From contig CAVYGQ010000001.1 in NCBI GenBank assembly GCA_963768175.1, forward strand, positions 840,717-904,716: a DNA stretch of 64,000 nucleotides, read 5' to 3'. This document shows, in pieces, positions 28,137-37,396 of the stretch. Both the position numbers and the translations under genes were made by a program. Source of the stretch: Candidatus Doudnabacteria bacterium (lineage in GTDB: Bacteria; Patescibacteriota; Doudnabacteria; UBA920). Each line of letters opens with the position of its first letter. Within the stretch, counting starts at the first letter, position 1. The notes beneath the pieces were generated by a model that was not told where the DNA came from, ran no database searches, and saw nothing but the letters and a program-made list of their open reading frames with translations.

Positions 28137-28937
28137 TTAGTCCTGGCAGGCCTCGATGATGTTGTCGATGATGAGCTCCACCGCCGCCAGAGGATCCTGG
28201 GCGGCAGTAATGTCGCGGCCAACTACAATGCCGTTAGCGCCGCCGCTGATGGAGTTTCCTGGCGTTGCCACTGCCTTCTGCTCTTGCTTTGCGGAGCCAG
28301 GCAGTCGGACGCCAGGGGTGTAAATCAGGAAGTCCGGCCCGCAGGCTTCGCGGATAGCGGCGACTTCCAAAGGTGAGGCGATGACACCGTCGCAGCCGCA
28401 TTCCTGGGCCAGCTTGGCGTATCGAACAACGAGCTTGAGCCGATATGGCTCCTCGACCCCTTCTGGTTTCAGGCCAAGATCCACCAGGTCTTCCTCGCCG
28501 AGGGTGGTCAAGAGAGTTACGGCCAGCAGGAGAGGCTTGCGTTGCAGGTCGAGCTTAGCGGCGGTGGTGTCGATGGCTTCGCGGGCGGCTTTCATAGCCG
28601 CCTTGCCGGCAAAGGCGTGCATGTTGAACATAAGCGGTCGGAGACGGGTCAGGGCTGTTGCCGCGCCCTTGACCGTATTGCCTATATCGGCGAGTTTGCA
28701 GTCCATGAAGTCGGTGCCGACAAGCTCGCCAAACAGGTCCCGCAGGTCCTCGAGCGCCGTAAGCGCATCATCGTAGTCGGCGGTCACCAGAGTGGTAAAC
28801 ACCGAAAGTATGAACTCAAAGCCGATCTTGAACCCGCGCACCTTGCCTTTCAGCATGGTGACGAGCCCTGTGGCTTTGATCACATTGTCTACATCCAAGG
28901 CCACGATAATCCGTGACCCCGCGTCTTTTCGAGTCAT
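28137..28937 (-). CDS. pyrF: Orotidine 5'-phosphate decarboxylase, second copy, GC-rich (xenolog)
   Basis: IIVALDV start and the DxKxxDIxNT motif (MDCKLADIGNTV). Confidence 0.75.
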   Translation of the reverse strand: MTRKDAGSRIIVALDVDNVIKATGLVTMLKGKVRGFKIGFEFILSVFTTLVTADYDDALTALEDLRDLFGELVGTDFMDCKLADIGNTVKGAATALTRLRPLMFNMHAFAGKAAMKAAREAIDTTAAKLDLQRKPLLLAVTLLTTLGEEDLVDLGLKPEGVEEPYRLKLVVRYAKLAQECGCDGVIASPLEVAAIREACGPDFLIYTPGVRLPGSAKQEQKAVATPGNSISGGANGIVVGRDITAAQDPLAAVELIIDNIIEACQD

Positions 28938-29113
28938 TGTCTAGTCCTTTCACGTGAAATGAAAAGAAGACCCCACTATACAGCTAATTGGGCCTCCTTT
29001 TGCTTGTGGACGGAGTATACCAAAAGGAAAGCTTAAAATCAAGGCTTTTTTAATGGTGAATTTTCCAAAAATTTGATATGATAAAAGCAGCCCAAAATTA
29101 AAAATTATCAAAA

Positions 29114-30004
29114 ATGAGCTCCGCATCCAAGGTAACCTTAGTGTCCCCGAATTTTTCCGATATCTTTACCCCAAATATTGAAATTGGCCAGTTTCCGGAC
29201 GGTGACAGCCACGTGCGCATCCCATTGATTGCGGAGTGCAAAGATGCCGATGTAGTGGTTTTTCACAGGCTTTACCCCAACCAGAACAGCTTACTGGTGA
29301 GCCTGCTTTTTATTTTGGACTCATTAAAAGAAGTTGGAGCAAAACATATAAGCGTGGTAGCGCCGTATTTGCCGTATTCCCGCCAGGATAAAAAAAAGCT
29401 CAACGGCGAAGTGGCAAGCGCGTACGTGGTTTGCAACATGCTTGCCCGGGCCGGCTGCGGCAAGCTGGTGGCGTTTGACTGCCATTTTTTAAATAATGAA
29501 GGTCCGGCGGAGTTTAACGGTTTGAAAATTCAAAACATATCCATGGGCAAGGCTTTGGTGGAGTACGCCAAGACAGCCGCGTTTTTGGGCGAGGACTGCG
29601 AGGTGATTTCGCCGGATATGGGCGCAAACTATTTGGTTAAAGACCTTGGGGGCAAGTCTTATAAAAAATCCAGGAAAGAATATGACGGTGAAAAAATTAA
29701 TTATCGCGACGTGGAAACCATGGACGGCGACTTTGACGTTAAGGGGAAAAACGTCTTGCTTTTGGACGATATGATAAGCACTGGCGCCACCATGCTCCGG
29801 GCTTTGGAAAAATTAACGGCTAGTGGAGCAAAGAAAATCTGCTGCGCCGCCACCCATGGGTTGTTCTTATACAATTGCGTGGATAAAATCAAAAAGTTTA
29901 CGGATTGTGTTTATTCCACGGATACGATTATTAACGACAACGCCAAAGTTTCCATCAAAGAAAAGTTGGCGGACATTGGTAGCAACCAGCCGACGTTATT
30001 TTAA
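29114..30004 (+). CDS. prs: Ribose-phosphate pyrophosphokinase (PRPP synthetase)
   Basis: FPDGDSHVRI and VLLLDDMISTGATM motifs. Confidence 0.88.
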   Translation: MSSASKVTLVSPNFSDIFTPNIEIGQFPDGDSHVRIPLIAECKDADVVVFHRLYPNQNSLLVSLLFILDSLKEVGAKHISVVAPYLPYSRQDKKKLNGEVASAYVVCNMLARAGCGKLVAFDCHFLNNEGPAEFNGLKIQNISMGKALVEYAKTAAFLGEDCEVISPDMGANYLVKDLGGKSYKKSRKEYDGEKINYRDVETMDGDFDVKGKNVLLLDDMISTGATMLRALEKLTASGAKKICCAATHGLFLYNCVDKIKKFTDCVYSTDTIINDNAKVSIKEKLADIGSNQPTLF

Positions 30005-30020
30005 ACCTATCGGCCAAATT

Positions 30021-30647
30021 ATGGAAAATATTCTGGATATCTTAAAAAAATCCGGGGCGATACTAGACGGCCATTTTGTTTTGACGTCCGGCAAGCACGC
30101 CAACGCTTATTTGAATAAAGACGCGCTTTATCCGCACATTCAAGATACCTCGGATGTCTGCAGGATGTTTGCCGAAAAAGTAAAAAATTTGGATATTGAT
30201 ACGGTTGTCGGCCCGGCTTTGGGGGGAATTATCCTTTCCACTTGGACGGCGCATCACCTTTCTAAATTTAAGGGCAAAGAGGTATTTGGCGTTTATACGC
30301 AAAAAGCCGCTGACGGCAGCATGCAATTTGCCAGGGGCTACGATAAATTTGTTGCCGGTAAAAAGGTTTTGGTGGTTGAGGACTTAACTTCTACCGGCGG
30401 GAGCGCGAAAAAAGTCGTGGATGCCGTAAAGGCCATTGGCGGCATGGTGGTTGGGGTTTGCGTTATGGTTAACCGCAATCCCAAAGAGGTGACCGCGGAT
30501 TATTTTGGCGTGCCGTTTTTTCCGCTCGGTACTTTTGAAGTTGAGGCTCATGAGCAAGTCGATTGTCCCATGTGCAAAGCCGGTGTACCGATAAATACAG
30601 AAGTCGGGCATGGGAAAGAGTATTTGGAAGCTAAAGGGTTGTTATAA
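30021..30647 (+). CDS. pyrE: Orotate phosphoribosyltransferase (native-composition copy)
   Basis: PRTase motif VLVVEDLTSTGGS. The start at 30021 (MENILDIL) is the first ATG in frame after the prs stop. Confidence 0.75.
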   Translation: MENILDILKKSGAILDGHFVLTSGKHANAYLNKDALYPHIQDTSDVCRMFAEKVKNLDIDTVVGPALGGIILSTWTAHHLSKFKGKEVFGVYTQKAADGSMQFARGYDKFVAGKKVLVVEDLTSTGGSAKKVVDAVKAIGGMVVGVCVMVNRNPKEVTADYFGVPFFPLGTFEVEAHEQVDCPMCKAGVPINTEVGHGKEYLEAKGLL

Positions 30648-30659
30648 TTTTGCAACTTT

Positions 30660-31358
30660 ATGCTGACGGAAACAAAAGTTATCTTATCGGCCGATGGTTA
30701 CGATAAAGAGGGATTGCTTGGACTTGTGGAAAAAATCGGCAAGAAAGTTTATTGTGTGAAAATCCATAATTTGTATGACCGGTATGGGCCGCAAATTGTA
30801 AATGATTTGCGCAGAGCAGGGGCGCGAAAAGTTTGGGTGGACGTAAAATTACACGATATCCCCAATACGGTTAAATTGAGGGCGCGAGCCTTAGCCGAAT
30901 CCGGCTGTGAGATTATTACGGTGCACGCTTCGGGCGGTATGGAGATGATGCGGGCGGCCAAAGAAGGTTTTAATAAAGGCAAGGTTTTTGCCGTAACAGC
31001 GCTGACCTCCCTGAACAACGAGGCTATTAAGATTATTTATGGCGCCCAAGATGCCAAAGAATTGGTCATGCGTTTGGCGCTTTTGGTTAAAATGTCGGGG
31101 GTGGACGGTTTGGTATGTTCTCCGCAAGAAGTCCCGGCATTGCGCGCAGTTCCCGATTATAATGATTTAGAGCTGGTTGTACCGGGCATCCGCTCGGCAG
31201 GGGTCGGTGTGGATGACCAAAAGCGTTTTGATACCCCTTCAAATGCCTTAAGAGCCGGAGCGAATTTTTTAGTAATCGGCAGGCAAATAACTAAAGCCCC
31301 CAATCCGGTGGAGGCCGTAGATGCGTTGGAGTCTGAAATTGCGCAAGCCGTAAAATAA
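30660..31358 (+). CDS. pyrF: Orotidine 5'-phosphate decarboxylase (native copy)
   Basis: DVKLHDIPNTV (DxKxxDIPNT) and LVCSP motifs. Confidence 0.8.
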   Translation: MLTETKVILSADGYDKEGLLGLVEKIGKKVYCVKIHNLYDRYGPQIVNDLRRAGARKVWVDVKLHDIPNTVKLRARALAESGCEIITVHASGGMEMMRAAKEGFNKGKVFAVTALTSLNNEAIKIIYGAQDAKELVMRLALLVKMSGVDGLVCSPQEVPALRAVPDYNDLELVVPGIRSAGVGVDDQKRFDTPSNALRAGANFLVIGRQITKAPNPVEAVDALESEIAQAVK

Positions 31359-31364
31359 TGGTAA

Positions 31365-32435
31365 ATGTATAAATTATTTAGGCCGTTAATCTTTAAAGCT
31401 TCGTCCGATCCCGAAGACATACACAGGGTGGTGATGGGGCTTTTGCATATGGTTGGCAGCATTAGTCCACTTGGCTGGGCGGAGCGGCGGGTTTTTGATT
31501 TTGCCGACAAAAGGCTGGCACAAAACCTTTTTGGTTTGAATTTTAAAAATCCGGTCGGTCTGGCTGGAGGTTTTGATAAGCATGGGGAAGCCATTTTAGG
31601 CTTGGCCAATGTAGGTTTTGGGTTTTTGGAAATCGGCACGGTCACACGTTTTGGTCAGCCGGGCAACCCCAGGCCGCGCATTTTTAGATTACAAAAAGAT
31701 GAAGCCTTAATTAACCGTATGGGTTTTAACAACGAAGGCGCGGATTTTTTGGCAAGCAAATTGTCAAAAACAAAAAAATTAACAATTCCGCTGGGCATTA
31801 ATTTGGGTAAGTCTAAAGTTACCGAACTGGCCAATGCGGCGGAAGATTATTTGTATTCCTTTTCCAAACTTTACGATTATGGCGATTATTTTGTGGTTAA
31901 TATTAGCTCGCCCAATACCTCGGGGCTGCGGCAGTTGCACGAAAAAAGTTTTTTGGTTGATATTTTGTCGGGTTTGAACGGTTACAGATTAAGGCAGCCG
32001 GTAATAAAACCGGTCTTGGTAAAAACCGTTGTGGACTTGTCTTTGGAGGCAATTGACGAGGCATTGGAAGTTTGCAAAAACCAAAATGTTGACGGTATAA
32101 TTATTAGCAACACTTCAATTGGTAGGGATGGCTTCAAAATTAAAACCGATGAAACAGGAGGTTTAAGCGGCAAGCCGATAAGACAGAAATCTACTGATTA
32201 TATAAAATATATTCATCGGCAGGCTCCAGGCCTTCCAATTGTAGGTGTTGGTGGAATTTTTAGTGCGGAAGATGCTTACGAAAAAATTAAAGCGGGAGCA
32301 TCGCTTGCCCAAATTTATACCGGATTGATTTACGAAGGCCCGGGAGTGGTAAAAAAAATAAACCAGGGTTTGGTAAAATTGCTTGAGCGCGACGGGTTTA
32401 AAAATATTGGTGAAGCGGTTGGGAAAGGAAACTAA
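31365..32435 (+). CDS. pyrD: Dihydroorotate dehydrogenase (quinone), class 2
   Basis: N-terminal extension, GLAGGFDKHGEA, NRMGFNNEG and GVGGI motifs. Confidence 0.88.
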   Translation: MYKLFRPLIFKASSDPEDIHRVVMGLLHMVGSISPLGWAERRVFDFADKRLAQNLFGLNFKNPVGLAGGFDKHGEAILGLANVGFGFLEIGTVTRFGQPGNPRPRIFRLQKDEALINRMGFNNEGADFLASKLSKTKKLTIPLGINLGKSKVTELANAAEDYLYSFSKLYDYGDYFVVNISSPNTSGLRQLHEKSFLVDILSGLNGYRLRQPVIKPVLVKTVVDLSLEAIDEALEVCKNQNVDGIIISNTSIGRDGFKIKTDETGGLSGKPIRQKSTDYIKYIHRQAPGLPIVGVGGIFSAEDAYEKIKAGASLAQIYTGLIYEGPGVVKKINQGLVKLLERDGFKNIGEAVGKGN

Positions 32436-32440
32436 AGGAC

Positions 32441-32548
32441 GACGTCATTCCGAGCGCCTGCAATATCGCGCGAGGAATCTCTTATTGGCAGTTCGTTATT
32501 TAAGAGATCCTTCACCCTTCGGATGCACTCGGGGTTCAGGATGACGCC
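32441..32548. repeat. Palindromic element of the GGCGTCATYCTGA...TCAGGATGACGCC family (copy A, intergenic, degenerate left end)
   Basis: It shares the GAGATCCTTCACCCTTCGGATGCACTCGGGGTTCAGGATGACGCC right half with copies at 43990, 54177 and 57344. Confidence 0.8.
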
Positions 32549-32618
32549 GCTAATTTGGATGTTTGAGCCTTGAAAAATGTCAGTACTTGGGGTATAATCT
32601 ATAGGCAAATTTGATAAT

Positions 32619-32705
32619 GCCCAGGTGGTGGAACTGGTATACACGTAGGCTTGAGGTGCTTATGGGAGCAATCCCGTGCGGGTTCGAGTCCCGCCCTGGG
32701 CACCA
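32619..32705 (+). tRNA. tRNA-Leu (anticodon GAG)
   Basis: Anticodon arm TAGGC-TTGAGGT-GCTTA and a long variable arm. The 3' half is identical to that of tRNA-Leu(TAA). Confidence 0.75.
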
Positions 32706-32852
32706 GACAGGAAAAGTCAAAGAGTTTCGGTTCGCCTCGCTTCGCTCGGCGACTAATTTGTATTCAATTTTGGGGGTAAAAACGAATTCGCGATTTCGCA
32801 TTTTGGGAGAAGAAAATTTTTTAATCATCTGGAAAAAGGAAAAAACTTGAAT

Positions 32853-33239
32853 ATGAATTTTCCAAGCAGAATATTCCATAGGGTCGTTGCAATGCTGTAT
32901 GTGTTCGGCGTTGTTCTCCTTACATCCAGAGTACTTATCGGGTTTGAGCCGAGCTTGATACCGAGAATAGTTGATGTGATTATTTTAATTGGCGCTCTTT
33001 ATGGAGGAATTGGTTATCTAAAGTTCTGGAAAAATATTGATTTTCCAAGAACAATCACAAAGGTACTCTACGCCATTATCACTTTTCATCTTCTTGGATC
33101 TGTTATTATACATGCTTTTGTTATCGCCATTCCCAACAATAAAATCTTAGATATATTTCCTGTCTGGTATAGTTATATTATGGCTCCGATAATGGCTTTA
33201 TTTGCTTACTATAGCTGGAATGTGAGATTTAAAAAATGA
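32853..33239 (+). CDS. Hypothetical membrane protein (4 TM)
   Basis: The hydrophobic profile only. Confidence 0.4.
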   Translation: MNFPSRIFHRVVAMLYVFGVVLLTSRVLIGFEPSLIPRIVDVIILIGALYGGIGYLKFWKNIDFPRTITKVLYAIITFHLLGSVIIHAFVIAIPNNKILDIFPVWYSYIMAPIMALFAYYSWNVRFKK

Positions 33240-33360
33240 TCATAATTTGCCGCCAAAGAAAAACTTGAAATTGTTATCGGCGCGGCTCCGCCGCCTTTCC
33301 GGATTTTCGCGGGGGGGGATTTTCCGGGAAAATGCGTTCGGACTAATTCAAGAATACTGC

Positions 33361-33476
33361 ACCAATTTAAAATTTCAAATATCAAATTACAAATTTCAAA
33401 CGAATGTCCAATGACAGAATTTTGGAATTTAATAATTAGGATTTTATTTGACATTTGAAATTGGAAATTTGGAATT
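33361..33476. repeat. AT-rich direct repeats AAATTTCAAA / GAAATTGGAAATTTGGAATT upstream of the FMN reductase gene
   Basis: Seen directly. Similar AT repeat tracts lie at 35090-35205 and 42858-43000. Confidence 0.5.
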
Positions 33477-34058
33477 ATGCTCAATATCCCCGTAATTTTA
33501 GGTTCGGTGCGCGAGGGCCGCAAGAGCGAGGCGCCAGCTAAATATATAGTGGAAAAAATCAAAACCGCCGGATACCAAACCCAGCTGGTTGATTTTAAAG
33601 AGCTGCCTTTGCCGTTTTATGACGCTAAGGCTGTGCCGGTGGTATATTTTAAATCGCAATATCCCAATGCCAATGCCCAAAAGTGGAGCCAGATTGCCCG
33701 GGCGGCGGACGCTTTTGTTATTGTTTCTCCGGAATACAATCACGGTTACTCGGCGGTTTTAAAAAATGCGCTGGATTGGGGCTATTTGGAGTTTGAGAAA
33801 AAACCGTTTGGTTTGGTCGGGGTTTCTAATGGAACGGTCGGAGGGGCGCGGATGATTGAAAGCCTGCGTCTGGTGGTTGCGAATTTTGGTGCGGTGACTA
33901 CGCAGGAAACCATTATGATCGGCCCGGTACAAAGCTACTTTGCCGATGACGGGGAAATGATAAATCCCGAACTGGACAAAAGAATCGACGGCCTGCTAAA
34001 AAGTTTAACCTGGTGGGCCGAGGCTTTGAAAGATCACAGATACGCAGATAAAAAATAA
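33477..34058 (+). CDS. NAD(P)H-dependent FMN reductase family protein
   Basis: The FVIVSPEYNHGYSAVLKNALDW motif. Confidence 0.75.
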   Translation: MLNIPVILGSVREGRKSEAPAKYIVEKIKTAGYQTQLVDFKELPLPFYDAKAVPVVYFKSQYPNANAQKWSQIARAADAFVIVSPEYNHGYSAVLKNALDWGYLEFEKKPFGLVGVSNGTVGGARMIESLRLVVANFGAVTTQETIMIGPVQSYFADDGEMINPELDKRIDGLLKSLTWWAEALKDHRYADKK

Positions 34059-34068
34059 TAACACAGAT

Positions 34069-34100
34069 TTAAAAACACCTGGCAATCCAGGTGTTTTATT
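34069..34100. terminator. Rho-independent terminator
   Basis: aaaaacacctggcaatccaggtgttttatt. Confidence 0.75.
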
Positions 34101-34134
34101 AGTCTAATTTGCCCCCTATCTGTGTATTTGTGAT

Positions 34135-35085
34135 CTAAACCACTTTCCACTTCCCTTGCTCATCTTTCATCAGCTTTCCGGCTACGGAAAATCCGGCCGC
34201 TAGTTTATGCCCGCCGCCGCCAAAAATATGGGCGATTTTGGAAACATCTATATTTTTAAAAGTATCCGAGCGCAGGCTTCCCTTTATTACCCCGCCGTCC
34301 TGGCGCAAAAACATGGCGAACTTGGCTTCGGGCATGGTATTTAAGGTCTCGGTAAACCCTTCAAAGGCGGCCTGCGGCAAACTTGTGAATTCCGCCAAAT
34401 CTTTTTCCGTCATTACGGAATAAATGATCTTATTTTTTTTGTCGTAGTAGGAATTTTCCATAGCTTTGCCCCAGGCTTTTAAAATTTGAGGCGATTTGTT
34501 TTTGTAGGTTTCCCGGATAATTTTATGGCTCTGCGCGCCTTTGCGCAAAAGCAGTCCGGCGGTTTTTAGTGTGGAGCTTTGGGTGTTTGAGTGCATAAAA
34601 CCACCCGTGTCGGTAATAATTCCTGTGAGCAGACAAGTGGCAATGTCTTTGGTAATTGGCCAGTTATTAAAGTTAAAAAAGTCATAAACCAGTTCCGCCA
34701 CCGAAGATTTTTTTGCATCCACCACATTGACATGGCCAAAGCCCGTATTGTCGGGATGGTGGTCTATATTTAATATTGGGATATCCAATTCCATAATTTT
34801 TGGGCTGCCACAGCGGGTTTTTTCCGAGCAGCCAAAAGTAATCACAAGATCAAAGTTATTATTTTCAATATCATCGACAATTTTTTCCGCACCGGGCAAG
34901 AAGCTTAAATTCGGCGGCACTCCTTTTTTAACGGCGTAAGTTACCTGCTTGCCCATTTTTTCCAGTTGTTGCCCCATAGCCAAAAGCGCGCCCCCGTCAT
35001 CGCCGTCCATGCGCTCGTGCATGGTTAGGATAATACGCTTTGATTGATCAATTAAGTTTTTTGCTTTTGTAAATTCTTGCTCCAT
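34135..35085 (-). CDS. nrnA: DHH-family phosphoesterase (NrnA-like oligoribonuclease/pAp phosphatase)
   Basis: DHH (NIDHHPDN) and GGGH motifs; DHHA1 C-terminus. Confidence 0.8.
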   Translation of the reverse strand: MEQEFTKAKNLIDQSKRIILTMHERMDGDDGGALLAMGQQLEKMGKQVTYAVKKGVPPNLSFLPGAEKIVDDIENNNFDLVITFGCSEKTRCGSPKIMELDIPILNIDHHPDNTGFGHVNVVDAKKSSVAELVYDFFNFNNWPITKDIATCLLTGIITDTGGFMHSNTQSSTLKTAGLLLRKGAQSHKIIRETYKNKSPQILKAWGKAMENSYYDKKNKIIYSVMTEKDLAEFTSLPQAAFEGFTETLNTMPEAKFAMFLRQDGGVIKGSLRSDTFKNIDVSKIAHIFGGGGHKLAAGFSVAGKLMKDEQGKWKVV

Positions 35086-35205
35086 AATACCGTTAATGCA
35101 AAATTTTCAATTTTTAATTTTCAGTTTTCAAACAATTTTTAATTATCCAATTTTAAAATTAAGTTATTGAAAATTGTTTAGAAATTAGAAATTGAGAATT
35201 ATAAA

Positions 35206-35691
35206 TTATTTTTCCTCGTGTATTTTACGTATAACTTCGTCTATATGCTGCACATATCTCGGGCTAGTGTCTAGATGGAAGCTTATTCGGGGAATGACTT
35301 TGGTGGCAAAGTGCTTGTTAACTTCGCCCTGGAGGTCGTAAATGTTTTTTCCCAAAAATGTTAAGATTTTATAGTCCAAAGATAGAGCAGTCTGAGATTT
35401 TTTATCAGCCTGCGACAAACTTTTTTTCCCTCTCCCTTCTTGCCCGCCGTAGCCTTGGCGAAGGCGGGTGGGAGAGGGTGCCCCAAGCCCGTCTTGGGGC
35501 GGGTGAGGGTCTGGGTTAAAAATAGAAATCCAAATTTTGGCGTACTTCATATCTTTGCTGGTTTCCACTTTGGTTATGGTCACCAGGCCTTTTTGCCAAT
35601 CCAAAAATTTATGCAAAACCGGCCCCAATTCGTGCTGGATTAAGGAGTTTACCTTAGCTATGCGGTTGGTGTCTTTTTTTACCGGCTTCAT
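35206..35691 (-). CDS. rbfA: Ribosome-binding factor A with an in-frame insertion of about 40 aa
   Basis: RIAKVNSLIQHELGPVL and the C-terminal KH-like part match RbfA. The middle segment NPDPHPPQDGLGAPSPTRLRQGYGGQEGRGKK is encoded by a GC-rich hairpin element. Confidence 0.75.
   Translation of the reverse strand: MKPVKKDTNRIAKVNSLIQHELGPVLHKFLDWQKGLVTITKVETSKDMKYAKIWISIFNPDPHPPQDGLGAPSPTRLRQGYGGQEGRGKKSLSQADKKSQTALSLDYKILTFLGKNIYDLQGEVNKHFATKVIPRISFHLDTSPRYVQHIDEVIRKIHEEK
35427..35516. repeat. REP-like hairpin element in frame in rbfA (conserved loop GTAGCCTTGGCGAAG)
   Basis: cccgcc-GTAGCCTTGGCGAAG-gcggg, the flanking cctctccc/gggagagg stem and a second hairpin gccccaag...cttggggc. Confidence 0.7.
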
Positions 35692-35750
35692 AAATTTAAG
35701 TTAGCTGAGTATTGTATATCTTTTATTGCCTTTTAGCAAGAGTGTAAAGT

Positions 35751-36482
35751 TTATATGGTATTCCAAAAATGGTTGAGAATTATGCTTACGGTTTCATATA
35801 TATCGGCGCTTTCAACCACCAGCCCCAGCGAGCTGTCCCCTTCCTGGGTAATAAAAGCCACTTTTCCGTTATAGGCAAACATTTCATTTTTAAACGGAAA
35901 ATTTTGGGCTGGTATTAACTTGGTTTGCCTTAAAGCGAATTTGTCTTTTGATTGTAAATCTTGATAAAAGGGAATATCAGGGGCGATTATTTTTACAAAA
36001 TTTCCTTTTTTTACCCTTCTTTCCACGTATTCTTCGCCCCAATAGTCTCGGATTTTTTCATCAGGCAGTTTTGTGGAAAGTACCTCTATATAGTTGGCAT
36101 GCTTGGATAAAATATCTTCATAAATTTCCTTAATGCCCTCAAGCCCTTGATATATCCTGACTGATGGTTTTTTGCCGGCATGGCTCTGGATAGCCAAAAG
36201 CTGTCCCATGATGTTATCTAAGGCATTCTCTTTTTGTTTAATCAATGGAAAAATATTCTGTGGGTCTTCCACGATGTATATTTTGCGTTTGCCTTTCAAA
36301 ATAGTTTTAATCAATCCTTTTTCTTTTAAGCTGTCTACGAGTTCATAAACCGTGGCGCGTTTTAATTTGGCATTATTAACCAGTTCCTGCATAGTCGCGG
36401 GACCGGTTTGCAGGCCGGCCAAGTAAAGAGCGGACTCTTTTTCGCTTAGTCCGATTTTTTGCAGGTTTTGTTCTAAATTCAT
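35751..36482 (-). CDS. TrmB-family transcriptional regulator (paralog 2)
   Basis: wHTH LGLSEKESALYLAGLQTGPATMQELVNNAKLKRATVYELVDSLKEKGLI. Confidence 0.8.
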   Translation of the reverse strand: MNLEQNLQKIGLSEKESALYLAGLQTGPATMQELVNNAKLKRATVYELVDSLKEKGLIKTILKGKRKIYIVEDPQNIFPLIKQKENALDNIMGQLLAIQSHAGKKPSVRIYQGLEGIKEIYEDILSKHANYIEVLSTKLPDEKIRDYWGEEYVERRVKKGNFVKIIAPDIPFYQDLQSKDKFALRQTKLIPAQNFPFKNEMFAYNGKVAFITQEGDSSLGLVVESADIYETVSIILNHFWNTI

Positions 36483-36631
36483 AAAGTATCGGTAAAACCG
36501 ACGATATTTTAATTACAATATAACCTTATTTTAAAGGATATTTTTAATATTGTCAATAATATATATCAAGATTATTGATATATTTAACAAATTAGTGTAT
36601 AGTGTTTGGTCAACCTTAAGGAGGGTTGGGT

Positions 36632-37277
36632 TATGAGAATATTAGTCGTTGACGACGAGCCCATCAATTTGCTCGCCGCGCAGCAGACTTTGGTTGGGCA
36701 CGAGTTAGTGCTCGTTGACGGTTACGATAAGGCAACGGTACTTTTGGAGCCGGCCGCATACGAAGAAGAGATCACAAAACTCCAGGGAGGGGAAGGCCAC
36801 CGCATTAGCTACCGGCAAGTGCAAGAGATGTTACGCAAGTCTACCAAAGTGTTTGATGCCGTCTTAACTGACCTGCTCATGCCCCCAGGCAAGAGGGGGC
36901 AATCACCGCGGTCTCGCGAAACGTTCCAGAACCTCCCATTTCCTTCGGGGGTGATGCTCGCCCTGCACGCGATCCGGCAAGGCGCAAAGTATGTCGCTGT
37001 GTTCACAAGCGGGATCAACCATCACCACAATCCCGCGGTCTGGATGATGGAGCCGCTCAGGTGGGGCTGGAACGCTACGCCGCAGAAGTTCTTGGTCAAC
37101 GGAGCCATTTTGGGATTCTTTGATGAGTGCGATGGCGGTCGCGTCCCTGTAGATGGCACTGTGTGTCAGGAATGCAATGGCAAAGGTTGCCTAACATATT
37201 GTCATGAAACTGGCAAGCTTTTTGCCAAGAACTGGGGAAGGGTTCTTGAGGAGCTCATCAAGCACCACAACAGCTAG
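36632..37277 (+). CDS. Orphan REC (receiver)-domain protein with a Cys-rich C-terminus; GC-rich
   Basis: MRILVVDDEP..DAVLTDLLMP..VAVFTS gives REC beta1, beta3 and beta4 signatures, and CQECNGKGCLTYCH follows at the C-terminus. A strong SD (aaggaggg) is present. GC is about 58%. Confidence 0.65.
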
Positions 37278-37396
37278 GGAGTTTCGTACCGGACGCGAAT
37301 GCACTTTTTGCGCCCGGTTTTCTTTTGGCCAAAAATAAACCCCCTTATGGGGGTTCGGCGTTATCTCAGCGTCGCTATCAGCGATTGATCAGCGGT

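Noticed and set aside
28074-28916. Plus-strand ORFs (100-131 aa) inside the GC-rich pyrF2/pyrE2.
   Set aside because: They are antisense artifacts of high-GC coding sequence, and the pyrF and pyrE frames carry catalytic motifs.
29823-30020. The extended N-terminus of native pyrE (track ORF starts at 29823).
   Set aside because: The upstream part overlaps prs in another frame. MENILDIL at 30021 is the first in-frame ATG after the prs stop.
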